From Nitrosopumilus sp. (GTDB lineage: Archaea > Thermoproteota > Nitrososphaeria > Nitrososphaerales > Nitrosopumilaceae), in assembly GCA_965238275.1 (NCBI GenBank), contig OZ250186.1:1888001-1952000 (forward strand): 64,000 bases of DNA, given 5' to 3'. The notes beneath the pieces are model-generated. The model searched no databases and was not told the origin of the DNA. It saw nothing but the letters and a program-made list of their open reading frames with translations. The translations under genes were made by a program, and so were the position numbers. Positions within the stretch are counted from its first letter, which is position 1, and each line of letters starts with the position of its first letter. This document shows positions 1 to 9,124 of the stretch, piece by piece.

Positions 1-50
1 TCGTCTGCACATAATTCATAAGGCACAGGACCCAATTCCGATTACAATTC

Positions 51-1079
51 ATGACTGCCATTGCAACGCTGGGCTCGCACTGTTCATTACAGGTACTAAA
101 GGGAGCCAGGGACGAGGGATTTAAGACGATACTGGTCTGCGAGAAGAGGCGTCAGAGCCTGTACCGGAGGTTTCCATTCATCGACGAGATGGTGGTGGTG
201 GATTCGTTTAGGGAGGTTCTTGAGCAGAGATGCCAGTCGGTTCTAGATGACAATGATGCGATCCTGATTCCGCACGGAACCCTGATAGCCCAGATGGGCT
301 CCGGGGAGATCGAATCCATAAAGACGCCCGTCTTTGGGAACAAGTGGATTCTTCGATGGGAATCTGACAGGACGATGAAGGAGAGGCTCATGAGGGCAGC
401 AGACCTTCCAATGCCAAGGCCGGTCACGAATCCCGAGGACATTGACAGAATGGTGATAGTAAAAAGACAAGGCGCCGCAGGCGGGAAGGGGTATTTCATT
501 GCAGCCAATCCGCAGGACTATGACTCCAAAAGAAGGCAGCTTGTATCAGGGGGGATCATATCAGAGGATGAGACGCTGTACATTCAAGAGTATGCTGCAG
601 GAGTGCTGGCATACCTGCAGTTCTTCTACTCGCCTGTCAGGGATGAGTTGGAGTTCTTTGGGGCTGATCAAAGGCATGAATCGGACATAGAGGGGCTGGC
701 AAGGATACCGGCATCAGAACAGATGAAGGACAGCAGCAAGGTTCCCTCGTTTAACGTTATTGGGAACAGTCCGCTGGTACTCCGGGAGTCATTATTGGAC
801 GAGGTGTACCGCATGGGCCAGAGGTTCGTTGATGCCTCAAGAAGACTCGTATCGCCTGGAATGAACGGGCCGTTCTGCATCGAGGGGGTCTATGATGAGA
901 ATGCAAGGTTTACCTCCTTTGAGTTCTCGGCCAGAATTGTTGCAGGAACCAACATCTACATGGACGGCTCCCCGTACTATTCCCTTCTGTTTGACCAGCC
1001 CATGAGCATGGGCAGACGCATTGCAAGGGAGATAAGGGATGCTGCAGACTCGGACATGCTGGACAGCGTCACCACATAA
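51..1079 (+). CDS. purP: PurP-family ATP-grasp protein (FAICAR synthase-like)
   Basis: 342 aa; IATLGSHCSLQVLKGARDEGF N-terminus, GGKGYF, and GPFCIE/FEFSARIVAGTN motifs typical of archaeal PurP. Confidence 0.9.
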   Translation: MTAIATLGSHCSLQVLKGARDEGFKTILVCEKRRQSLYRRFPFIDEMVVVDSFREVLEQRCQSVLDDNDAILIPHGTLIAQMGSGEIESIKTPVFGNKWILRWESDRTMKERLMRAADLPMPRPVTNPEDIDRMVIVKRQGAAGGKGYFIAANPQDYDSKRRQLVSGGIISEDETLYIQEYAAGVLAYLQFFYSPVRDELEFFGADQRHESDIEGLARIPASEQMKDSSKVPSFNVIGNSPLVLRESLLDEVYRMGQRFVDASRRLVSPGMNGPFCIEGVYDENARFTSFEFSARIVAGTNIYMDGSPYYSLLFDQPMSMGRRIAREIRDAADSDMLDSVTT

Positions 1080-1203
1080 TTCCAAGGGATGCGGCGGCCA
1101 TCGCGCAACAAAACTCATGAGTGCCGATTTGGCACCCGGGTACGAGACATACAGGATTCCATGCACAGCAGCTCCTGCCACCGCATGCATACATGCATGC
1201 GTA

Positions 1204-2647
1204 GTAATCGGATTAAAGATCCGGAAAAGCCCACTCACGTGATTTAGATCCATGGCAGCCCGGTGCACTCCCATGAGCATGCCGGCACGGGTTGCCGCAC
1301 CACTAATGATAACTTGCCCGATAATTTCCGGCAGGTCCAATCCTTCCCGTAGAATTTTCTGCTCAGGGCATGGCTCTCGGCAGGTTGCGGCGTTCGGATG
1401 CGGAGTGTCTGGGTACGATCACGCATTCAACGACCGGCGGGTCAGGCAGTGCGGTTTGGGGGTTCCACAGGTATGCGCCGCGCCTTCTTCCATGGCCCCC
1501 TCTGGGGGCCGATGGCCTCAAACACATAATGGATCAGTTTTGCTATGGCGACCTCCCCGCTGCGCAGCAGCTGTCTGATTCTCTTCTGCAGCTCGTCGAA
1601 TCCGCCAAAGAAGGTTGCCGACAGTGCCCCCTTGAGCTCCCTCCACTCCACCTCGATGGAATTGTGCTGCGGTGTGCGCGGGGGCAGAAACCGCCGAACC
1701 ACGTCGCCTTTCGTGCTCTCAATGTACCTGTTCATCTCCTGGCTGGTGTGGGCTCCGGCGTTGTCCATTATTGCGTAGACTTTTCCGTACTTCCGCCGAA
1801 GGTGCTCCAAAAGGGCCTTTGCGCTCCCCGTGTTGGCAGACTCGTGGAACTGTATGTCCAGCGTGCCCCTGCCAAGGGCTCCTGCGACCTTGACGGTCTT
1901 CTTGGAGCAGTTGGTCTTGACCGTGTCCCTGCCGCCCCTGCGCCGTATGCCGCGCCTGGAGGCGGGGGAGTCGGCAAATCCGGCAAAATCGATGAATACT
2001 ATCTTGAAGCCGTTCCTGTCATACTCCCTCACCTGCCTGACCGTCTCCTCCACATATTCCGCCAGATCCTTCGCCGTGGCCGAGTTGTACGGCACGGGCC
2101 TAACCCCCCTGACTGAAAAATTCATCCTGCGCGTCAGCTTGAGCGCGCCGCTGTCGCTGTACCTGATCCCAAACGCGTTCAGGATGCGGCGGGCGACGAG
2201 CCTGCCCGTCCACGTATCGCGGAAAAAGCCGCTCTCCGTGGGATCCTTGTCGACATCCCTGTCAAGGGCCGCCCACTGCTCATCGGACAGGCGGCACGGC
2301 CTGCCGGGGCTCTTGCGGTCGTGCCTGTGCTCCAGGCCGCCTTCCTCCAGCCGCAGCAGCCAGTCGTGTACGGTGCTGATCGCCACCCCGATGGCGTTTG
2401 ATATGCTCTCCAGGATCTCGCCTTTCTTTCGGCGCATGGCCGCCTGCAGCATGGTTCTGGTCTTTCCGTGGGGTTCCCCCCTGTGCAGCTGCTCAAGTTC
2501 GGGCAGGCCGATGTCCGGGAGGAACCCGTCCCCGCGTTTTACCCTTTTCGACCGATCCATGAGGGTGCCGGGCACGGCGCCGATCTTAGTGTTTCGGTTT
2601 GACCAATTGTATACGGTCGCTCTTTTCCGGATCTTTAATCCGATTAC
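1204..2647 (-). mobile_element. IS630-family insertion sequence
   Basis: 26-bp TIR GTAATCGGATTAAAGATCCGGAAAAG at both ends; TA duplicated at 1202-1203 and 2648-2649. Confidence 0.92.
1442..2560 (-). CDS. IS630-family transposase
   Basis: HTH and PGRP motif, FIDFAG...IMDNAGAH...LPPRTPQHNSIE DDE core; start placed at MDRSKR inside the element. Confidence 0.88.
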   Translation of the reverse strand: MDRSKRVKRGDGFLPDIGLPELEQLHRGEPHGKTRTMLQAAMRRKKGEILESISNAIGVAISTVHDWLLRLEEGGLEHRHDRKSPGRPCRLSDEQWAALDRDVDKDPTESGFFRDTWTGRLVARRILNAFGIRYSDSGALKLTRRMNFSVRGVRPVPYNSATAKDLAEYVEETVRQVREYDRNGFKIVFIDFAGFADSPASRRGIRRRGGRDTVKTNCSKKTVKVAGALGRGTLDIQFHESANTGSAKALLEHLRRKYGKVYAIMDNAGAHTSQEMNRYIESTKGDVVRRFLPPRTPQHNSIEVEWRELKGALSATFFGGFDELQKRIRQLLRSGEVAIAKLIHYVFEAIGPQRGPWKKARRIPVEPPNRTA

Positions 2648-2742
2648 TATGCATACATGCACGCAAGGCATGGATGTCAGTTGCCATGCAAATTCGGTCG
2701 CGAGGACGGCGAGTCGGCCAATCAGATGTCAGCCGCTTGACT

Positions 2743-3078
2743 TTAGGCCGAACTGTTTGGATACAGGTTAAGGATCGGTGTCAGATTCTCCATGGTAATC
2801 TCCACCCTGCCAACCCGGCTTCTGTACTGCTTGATCTTCTTGCCATCTTCTGAAAAGACGTACCTGCTCACCTCTACAAGTGCAAGATCTTCCAACGTGG
2901 ACAGTGTCTTGTAGACAGTCGAAAGTGAGATTTGCAGCTCGTCGGCAATCTGGGTTGCATCCTTGGAGTGATCCTTGACAGAGAACAGTACCGCCCTTGT
3001 ACACACATTGCTAAGCGATCCTATTATCCTCTGGGTAATGTCCACTTCGGATAGCTGGATGATGCTTGGTTTTGCCAT
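2743..3078 (-). CDS. winged helix-turn-helix (ArsR-like) regulator
   Basis: 111 aa, DATQIADELQISLSTVYKTL HTH. Confidence 0.8.
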   Translation of the reverse strand: MAKPSIIQLSEVDITQRIIGSLSNVCTRAVLFSVKDHSKDATQIADELQISLSTVYKTLSTLEDLALVEVSRYVFSEDGKKIKQYRSRVGRVEITMENLTPILNLYPNSSA

Positions 3079-3083
3079 GACCC

Positions 3084-3431
3084 CTAGTTTGGTATCAGAG
3101 TCAGGACGGGTTCGGATCTCTTAATGAAGATCTCGGCCCTCTGTACCCTGCTTCGATATATCTTGTACTTTCTTCCGCTGTCAGAGAGCATCCATTTTTC
3201 AACCTGGATCAGCGTAAGATCCTCAAGCTCGGTCAGTTTCTTGTATACTGAGCTGAGGGGAATTTTGAGTTTGCCAGACAGGTCAGCAGCCGTGCTTCCC
3301 TCCTTGACAATTGCAAACAGAATGGCGCGGGACTCAGCATTGGCTAGCGCCTCAATAACCTTCTGGGTGATATCATATCGCTTTAACTGCGGAAGCGTAA
3401 GTCGCCTAGACATACAGATAGTAGGGATCAA
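3084..3431 (-). CDS. winged helix-turn-helix (ArsR-like) regulator
   Basis: TAADLSGKLKIPLSSVYKKL HTH; tandem paralog of the adjacent gene. Confidence 0.8.
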   Translation of the reverse strand: MIPTICMSRRLTLPQLKRYDITQKVIEALANAESRAILFAIVKEGSTAADLSGKLKIPLSSVYKKLTELEDLTLIQVEKWMLSDSGRKYKIYRSRVQRAEIFIKRSEPVLTLIPN

Positions 3432-3484
3432 TTCCGCATATTTAAACGAGGCGTTTTCATTCTCATTCTATGTTCTTAGAACAA

Positions 3485-4216
3485 CTATTCATACTGTCGG
3501 GTTCTCTGGACATCTGGTCGGAGCCGGATCCAAAACAGCCCCATAATGACCCCCACAGACGCCCAGAAGGCAGTAACCGTAAGGAATGACGCGGTCTGGA
3601 AGCTGCCGAGTAGATCCGTAGGGGAATCAGTCCCGACAGCATTCCCAGGCATTATAAGAAAGGTCACGGCAATCAGAACCACATAGCCTGCAAGGGATGC
3701 GATCTTTCTGTTTCCCTCAAACCGTCTTGACAGCCGGTAGAAGCCCAGCGCTCCGAATCCAGAGACCCCGATGACAGACAGGTACAGGACAGAACGCACA
3801 AGCAGCGTCTCGCCGTCTCCAGCACCTGGAAGGTCCGGCGGATACTTTAGGAATGGCACCACATACAGCGCGGCCCACATGATGCCTGCCAGGATTACGG
3901 ATCTCATCAGATCGTTTTTCCCGGGAAGGGATCGTCTGGACAGGGCAAACACGATTCCAAACAGTGCGCCTACTGAGATCCCATATATCACCCCTCCAAG
4001 AACCTGGCCGCCCTTCTGCCAGAGCCTGTAACTTTCATACTCTATCTGAAACTGATCCGCATCAGATATCTGGCCGGAAGCAAACAGGGCCTGGTTTTCG
4101 ATCTCGATTGCCTGATCAAGATACGGCACAACCACTGCGAGGTTTGCCACCCCGAATACAAGTCCGGCAAATGCCCCGGACGCTAGGACTATTAGAATAA
4201 AAAGGGATGTTCTCAT
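3485..4216 (-). CDS. cbtA: CbtA-family putative cobalt transporter
   Basis: multi-TM protein with PYLDQAIEIE and VPFLKYPPDLPGAG motifs; downstream of a cbtB-like gene. Confidence 0.82.
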   Translation of the reverse strand: MRTSLFILIVLASGAFAGLVFGVANLAVVVPYLDQAIEIENQALFASGQISDADQFQIEYESYRLWQKGGQVLGGVIYGISVGALFGIVFALSRRSLPGKNDLMRSVILAGIMWAALYVVPFLKYPPDLPGAGDGETLLVRSVLYLSVIGVSGFGALGFYRLSRRFEGNRKIASLAGYVVLIAVTFLIMPGNAVGTDSPTDLLGSFQTASFLTVTAFWASVGVIMGLFWIRLRPDVQRTRQYE

Positions 4217-4228
4217 GGTGGCGTGCTC

Positions 4229-4448
4229 CTAGTGACAGGGAAAGCCGGCTGCGTGTCTCATGTCATGGGTAAGCTCATGTATGTAAAGATCAACAAATGC
4301 CTGCTCACCATACGGAAAAAACCAGACTGAACATGTGTCCCTGATCAAATCCCACAATGAACATTCCTGCAGCAAAGATTACAGCCAGTACGAACACTGC
4401 CAGTTTTGGGATTGGCCCGGATACATGGGTCTGTCTTGTTGTAGACAT
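4229..4448 (-). pseudogene. cbtB: CbtB-like small cobalt transporter subunit, frameshifted
   Basis: hand translation MSTTRQ...GMFIVGFDQGHMFSLV, then YGEQAFVDLYIHELTHDMRHAAGFPCH* in another frame; 220 bp, shift at the T6 run near 4316-4321. Confidence 0.8.
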
Positions 4449-4601
4449 GAAGGTTAACGTTTGGCGAATCTATTTAAGCTCTTGGATAATTTATCCAATT
4501 TATAAGCACAGCCTGCGACATGGCAGGTTCTACAGAATCAGTATCGGCTTGGAATCACCAAATAGGGGACACGCATTCGCAGGCAGGCACGCTGGGGCCA
4601 C

Positions 4602-5819
4602 GGCGTTGTCCAAACTTTGAACTGAAAATCAACGAAAAGCTTAAAGATCGCGGATCGCGCGCCGCTTAATGAACAAAAAACGTGATACAAACACGAAGCA
4701 CGGCAAGAACAAGAAACGATGCAAAAGCAAGAGCACCGACGCCAAGAAATGGGAACGTCCTGCCGGATACTACAAGGAATACGAGACAAGGAGAAGGGGT
4801 GAAGGCCACACAACCAGATTACGGATCAAGGCCCTCACCGCCCTGCTGCTTGAGATCTACCCGCTTGCCACTTCTGGCAATGTGCGTATGATCCCATACA
4901 TGGTATGCCTTGCAGACCGGGAGTTCCGCTGCCATTCATACCGTCAACATGTCTCATACCTGCAGACACATCAGGGAACACTGCACATGTATGGATTAAA
5001 AACCGTTCCATCAAAATCCTGCCTGCACCATGCATCCACCATAATCGCAGATTATGACTGGCTGCACGAAATAATAGAACGGCAGGCAGGATCCTACGCG
5101 CGCGGTTCCCTCCTGGGCGACTCCACGGGGGTCGCCATCAACCAGTACGCAGACTGGGAGGATGCCAAAAGGGGCCTCATCTCCAGACGCGGATTCGTCA
5201 AGCTGCATGTGGTGACTGATGTCAAGGGAAGAAAGATCGTCTCCTGCGCAGTCACCAGGGGACGCGCGCACGACTCTCCCGTATTCAGGGAGATGTTCGG
5301 GAAGGTTCCGGACGGTGCGGGATGCGTGATGCTTGATGCCGGGTATGATGCAGTCAAAAATTACAAGATGATCCGCGACGCAGGCAGGAAGCCGGTCATA
5401 TGCACCCGCAAGAACCACGTCGCAAAAGGATTCGGCCCGAGGGCAGAGATGATCAGGTGGCAAGAAAAGAACCCCGAAGAGTTTGAAACGACGTACCATC
5501 AACGCAGCATAGTGGAGTCGGTGTTCTCGTCATTCAAGTGCAGGTTCACCGCAGTGGTCCAAGCAAAGACGCTGCCGGCCCAAAGGCTGCAGCTGTTACT
5601 CAGGTGCGTCTGTTACAACCTGCTATCGTGATGTCATGGTGCAAGAATGCATGTCATGTGTCTAGCGTGTGCTATGCTTCCAGGCACGGTTCTGGCACCT
5701 GATGTATTCTGCCATGCCCTGGGCACGGAAAATCCCGCCAAATGAACGGAATCATAACCAATAAAACACGTGTAAATGAACAAAAAATGGGTCTGTAGAA
5801 CTAAGATTTGGACAACGCC
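4602..5819 (+). mobile_element. IS5-family (IS903/ISH1-like) insertion sequence
   Basis: TIR GGCGTTGTCCAAA; 9-bp TSD TGGGGCCAC (4593-4601, 5820-5828). Confidence 0.9.
4669..5631 (+). CDS. IS5-family DDE transposase
   Basis: GDSTG, FVKLH, LDAGYD, YHQRSIVESVFS motifs. Confidence 0.88.
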   Translation: MNKKRDTNTKHGKNKKRCKSKSTDAKKWERPAGYYKEYETRRRGEGHTTRLRIKALTALLLEIYPLATSGNVRMIPYMVCLADREFRCHSYRQHVSYLQTHQGTLHMYGLKTVPSKSCLHHASTIIADYDWLHEIIERQAGSYARGSLLGDSTGVAINQYADWEDAKRGLISRRGFVKLHVVTDVKGRKIVSCAVTRGRAHDSPVFREMFGKVPDGAGCVMLDAGYDAVKNYKMIRDAGRKPVICTRKNHVAKGFGPRAEMIRWQEKNPEEFETTYHQRSIVESVFSSFKCRFTAVVQAKTLPAQRLQLLLRCVCYNLLS

Positions 5820-5880
5820 TGGGGCCACAGGTTCTCCTGCATCATCGGTTGGTGACACAAAATCAGGATCTTCTCCAGAT

Positions 5881-6057
5881 TCACTCGTCTGGTCTGCGCA
5901 CCATTATGTCATCGCCGGAAATGACAAACTTTAGTTTGTCGGGATTGCCAAGCATTTCAAGTATCGGTTTTGGTATGTAGCTGTAGTTTGTCAGACGCTT
6001 CTCGTTTTTGATCACAGAAACGGTAAATTCCTTGGCGTCTTTGGCCCACTGGGTCAT
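5881..6057 (-). CDS. small AbrB/MazE-like DNA-binding protein (58 aa) carried by the IS6 element
   Basis: hand translation MTQWAKDAKEFTVSVIKNEKRLTNYSYIPKPILEMLGNPDKLKFVISGDDIMVRRPDE*; divergent from the transposase; below the ORF-track cutoff. Confidence 0.65.
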   Translation of the reverse strand: MTQWAKDAKEFTVSVIKNEKRLTNYSYIPKPILEMLGNPDKLKFVISGDDIMVRRPDE

Positions 6058-6128
6058 GAATTTTTTTTAGCTGCCTGTTATTTAAGACTGGTAGAAAGAT
6101 CTATGTAATAATACCAATTGGTTTATTT

Positions 6129-7274
6129 ATGAACAGGGCAAAACGCGCCAAAACGGCGGCAAGGCAGGGACAGGTGATCAGTGACGACCCAAAGCAGGTG
6201 AGGATGACCAATCTCAGACGATGGAATGTGGCATCGCAGTCTATTCCAGGACTGTGGTATCTGGTGATTCTTGGCTCTGCCGGGTTTGTATGCGCGTGCC
6301 AGCATTACGTCAATTGTGACGGCCTGTGCAAGCACGTGCGGGCAGTGGACGTGTTGCTTGGCCGGATGTGGGACCGGTGCAGGAACCAAAATACAATTGT
6401 CATTAGCATGCCTCAGACTGCATGCCACCATTGCAAGTCGACTGTGTTTGCACGCAACGGGCACCGACACAACGCGTACGGGCCGATCCGGCGGTACCGG
6501 TGTAAGCCGTGCGGCCGGACATTCTCCGGACGGCCGGGCTTCAAGAAGCGCCATGCCGGCCCAGAGGCGATATCCCGGGCACTCAGGGAGGCAGCGTACG
6601 GGCTGTCCTGCGCTGCGGTGCAGGCAGTGATGGCACAGGACGGAACAACCGTGCATTCAAGCACGATATACAGGTGGACTGCGCATTATTCGACGCTGAT
6701 GGATGAATATTCAAGGCGGCTGCAGCCGCGCACGAGCTACAAGTGGCACTGTGACGAGATACATTTCAAGGTTCGCGCGCAGGCGCGGTGGCTTTTTGCC
6801 GTCATGGACGGCGCCAGCAGGTTCATACTGTCCCATGACGTGTCTGAGACAAAACTCAACTACAGACCCGCCCCCCTGTTTGCAGCCGCAAGGAATCTGG
6901 CCGGAACCACCCCGTGGGTGCTGGTAACAGACGGCCTGCAGGCGTTTTGTCCTGCCGCCCGCAGGGCGTTTTGGAGACGCAACGGCTTCAGGCTGATCCA
7001 CGTCCGGGAGATTCACCTGAAGAACCGCTTCAGTCATAACAACAAGCACGAGAGGCTTAACGGTGAATTCAAGGATCGCATCAAGACCGCCCGCGAGTTC
7101 GGGACAGAAAGTCCCGCGCTTGTGCGGCTGATGATCGTCCACCACAACTTTTTCCGCCCCCATGGCGGCATTGGCAAAATTACACCCGCAGAGGCCGCAG
7201 GGATCGTCATATCTGGAACGGACAAGCAGATCATCCTCATCAGTAATGCAGCAGCTGCTGCAGCAGCAGCGTAG
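6129..7274 (+). CDS. IS6-family DDE transposase with SWIM and zinc-ribbon domains
   Basis: CAC..CKH SWIM, CHHC..YRCKPCGRTF ribbon, WHCDE, LVTDG, NNKHERLNGEFKDR. Confidence 0.85.
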   Translation: MNRAKRAKTAARQGQVISDDPKQVRMTNLRRWNVASQSIPGLWYLVILGSAGFVCACQHYVNCDGLCKHVRAVDVLLGRMWDRCRNQNTIVISMPQTACHHCKSTVFARNGHRHNAYGPIRRYRCKPCGRTFSGRPGFKKRHAGPEAISRALREAAYGLSCAAVQAVMAQDGTTVHSSTIYRWTAHYSTLMDEYSRRLQPRTSYKWHCDEIHFKVRAQARWLFAVMDGASRFILSHDVSETKLNYRPAPLFAAARNLAGTTPWVLVTDGLQAFCPAARRAFWRRNGFRLIHVREIHLKNRFSHNNKHERLNGEFKDRIKTAREFGTESPALVRLMIVHHNFFRPHGGIGKITPAEAAGIVISGTDKQIILISNAAAAAAAA

Positions 7275-7320
7275 TCGCAGCAGCAGCAGTAGCAACGGCA
7301 GCTGTAGCAACGGCAGCGAC
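7248..7320 (+). repeat. degenerate (GCA)n tract
   Basis: GCAGCAGCTGCTGCAGCAGCAGCG...; gives the transposase a poly-Ala tail. Confidence 0.8.
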
Positions 7321-7570
7321 ACACGTAGCCCAGACTGGCCTTGGCGTGATGGATGTCCCATCAATGCATGTCATGGCAATGACTGGGATTATCCATCACA
7401 ACTGGCAGATTCTCCCTAGAGGAATTATGATTTAATGGGGAATGGCATAACGGTGCGTAAAACAGCAAGTAAATCTGGAGAAGATCCTGAATTTGTGCCA
7501 CCAACCGATGATGCAGGAGAACCGGGGCCACACAATGTTTAAAAATAAGCCCAGCCCCTATTTTTCGATA

Positions 7571-7855
7571 TTGGCAACTGAAAAAAAACCTACAGGAAAG
7601 AAAGTCGCAAAGAGGGATCAGCCCGAAACTAAGGAAACCGCACCTGGGAACGACTCATCCTCAGCTGCAGAATCCATGCCTAAAGAGGATGGGATGGTAA
7701 AATCCACACCGGAACCAAGGCATGCTACGAGGATGCCAGCTGACGATATGGGGATCGTCATAGTTGAGGACGACATACAGATTGATCAGGAGAGGGTAAA
7801 CGAAGAAAGAAGGGCATATCTCGAAGAGGCAAGATCTCAAGAGGTATTTGATTAG
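7571..7855 (+). CDS. hypothetical protein
   Basis: charged ORF ending EERRAYLEEARSQEVFD; TTG start ~30 nt after a TTTAAAAA TATA-like box. Confidence 0.6.
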   Translation: MATEKKPTGKKVAKRDQPETKETAPGNDSSSAAESMPKEDGMVKSTPEPRHATRMPADDMGIVIVEDDIQIDQERVNEERRAYLEEARSQEVFD

Positions 7856-9124
7856 ACTGGAACTGTTCCATGATCGGGTGGCGTCAGGCAATCACAACCT
7901 GAATGCGTAACGCATAGTAGGGGCCAGAGCAATCCGATCACCGTGGGTCATTAATTCCACAAATTACCATGTCTCATGGGATAATCTACCCGTCATTACT
8001 ACAGTCAGATTGCCGCCGAGATACATTCAGATCACAGGCACACGCCCACGTGCTTATGATGATTGTAGCCGACGGAAAGCAAGGCGTTGCCGAATCAGTC
8101 CATCACGCAAAGGCAAGTTCAGTACCGGATTCCAGGCAAAAGAAGCTCGAGGTTGGATCCCGGTTCATGCCGAACGTGAGCAAAAAGAAGCTGGTGCGGG
8201 CGTGCGCAAAAGAGAAGAACAAGCTGGCCAAGATCAGGCTGCTTGCGTGCATCCTGAGAAAGCAGGGACGCAGCATCCGGAATATATGCAAGGAACTGGT
8301 CATGCCGTATTCCACAGTGCGCGACTGGCTGGTGCGGATGCAGGGACGGGGGTTGAAAGCCCGGTTCAACCGAACGCGCGGGGGCAGGAAAAGCAAGATG
8401 CCCAAATCATTTTCCAGGACGGTTAGGGTGTGGCTTGGCAACAAGCCGAAAAAGTACGGATTCGAGTCAGGCTCCTGGCAGCTCAACTTGATACTGGAGA
8501 TGATCCGGCGGACGTTTGGACTGGATTGCTGCAAGGCGCGCACGTTGCGAAGGATGCTCAAAAAGATCGGGTTCTCTTACAGAAAACCCCGGCCCGTTCC
8601 GCCCAAATCCGCCTCCAAAAGCGAGCAAGAGGAGTTCAAGGCAAGGGCCGGCAGGAAGGCGGGGGATCTGGCCAATGGAGGATATGCCGTGTTCGTAGAA
8701 GACGAGGCTGCAGTCGGCATGTCGCAGGAACCGGGCTACGGGTGGAGGCCCACGGGAGGACGCGACGAGATCCAGACTGGGTTCTCGAAAAAGGCCGTCA
8801 GCCTGCTTGGCATCATGGGCACAGACACCCTCTACGTCCGCATGGCGGATTCTGCAAACTCGGAGACGTTCAAGGAATTCCTCGAGGATGTCCGCAAGAG
8901 CCACCCAAAATTCTACATGGTTCTGGACAACGCGTCGTACCACAAGTCGCACAAGGTCAGAGAATACGTGGCCGGCACGGGCGGTGACGTCGAGCTGGAA
9001 TTTCTCCCGCCCCGCACGCCGCAGCTGAACCAGATCGAAAACGTCTGGAGGGATCTCAAGAGACGGCTGGCAGGCCGGTACTTTGAGTCACCGGAGGAGC
9101 TAAAGGCGGCAATAGCGATAATCC

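Larger units (their letters stand above)
5830..7523 (+). mobile_element. IS6-family element with ~55-bp TIRs and a small passenger gene
   Basis: GGTTCTCCTGCATCATCGGTTGGTGRCACAAAWTCAGGATCTTCTCCAGATT inverted at both ends; 9-bp TSD GGGGCCACA (5821-5829, 7524-7532). Confidence 0.88.

Noticed and set aside
4450-4600. Cobalamin riboswitch upstream of cbtB
   Set aside because: No B12-box recognised; a TATA-like box lies ~25 nt before the ATG, implying a leaderless transcript
5866-5881. GGATCTTCTCCAGATT as an archaeal origin recognition box
   Set aside because: All copies lie inside mobile-element ends; no G-string and no adjacent cdc6/orc1
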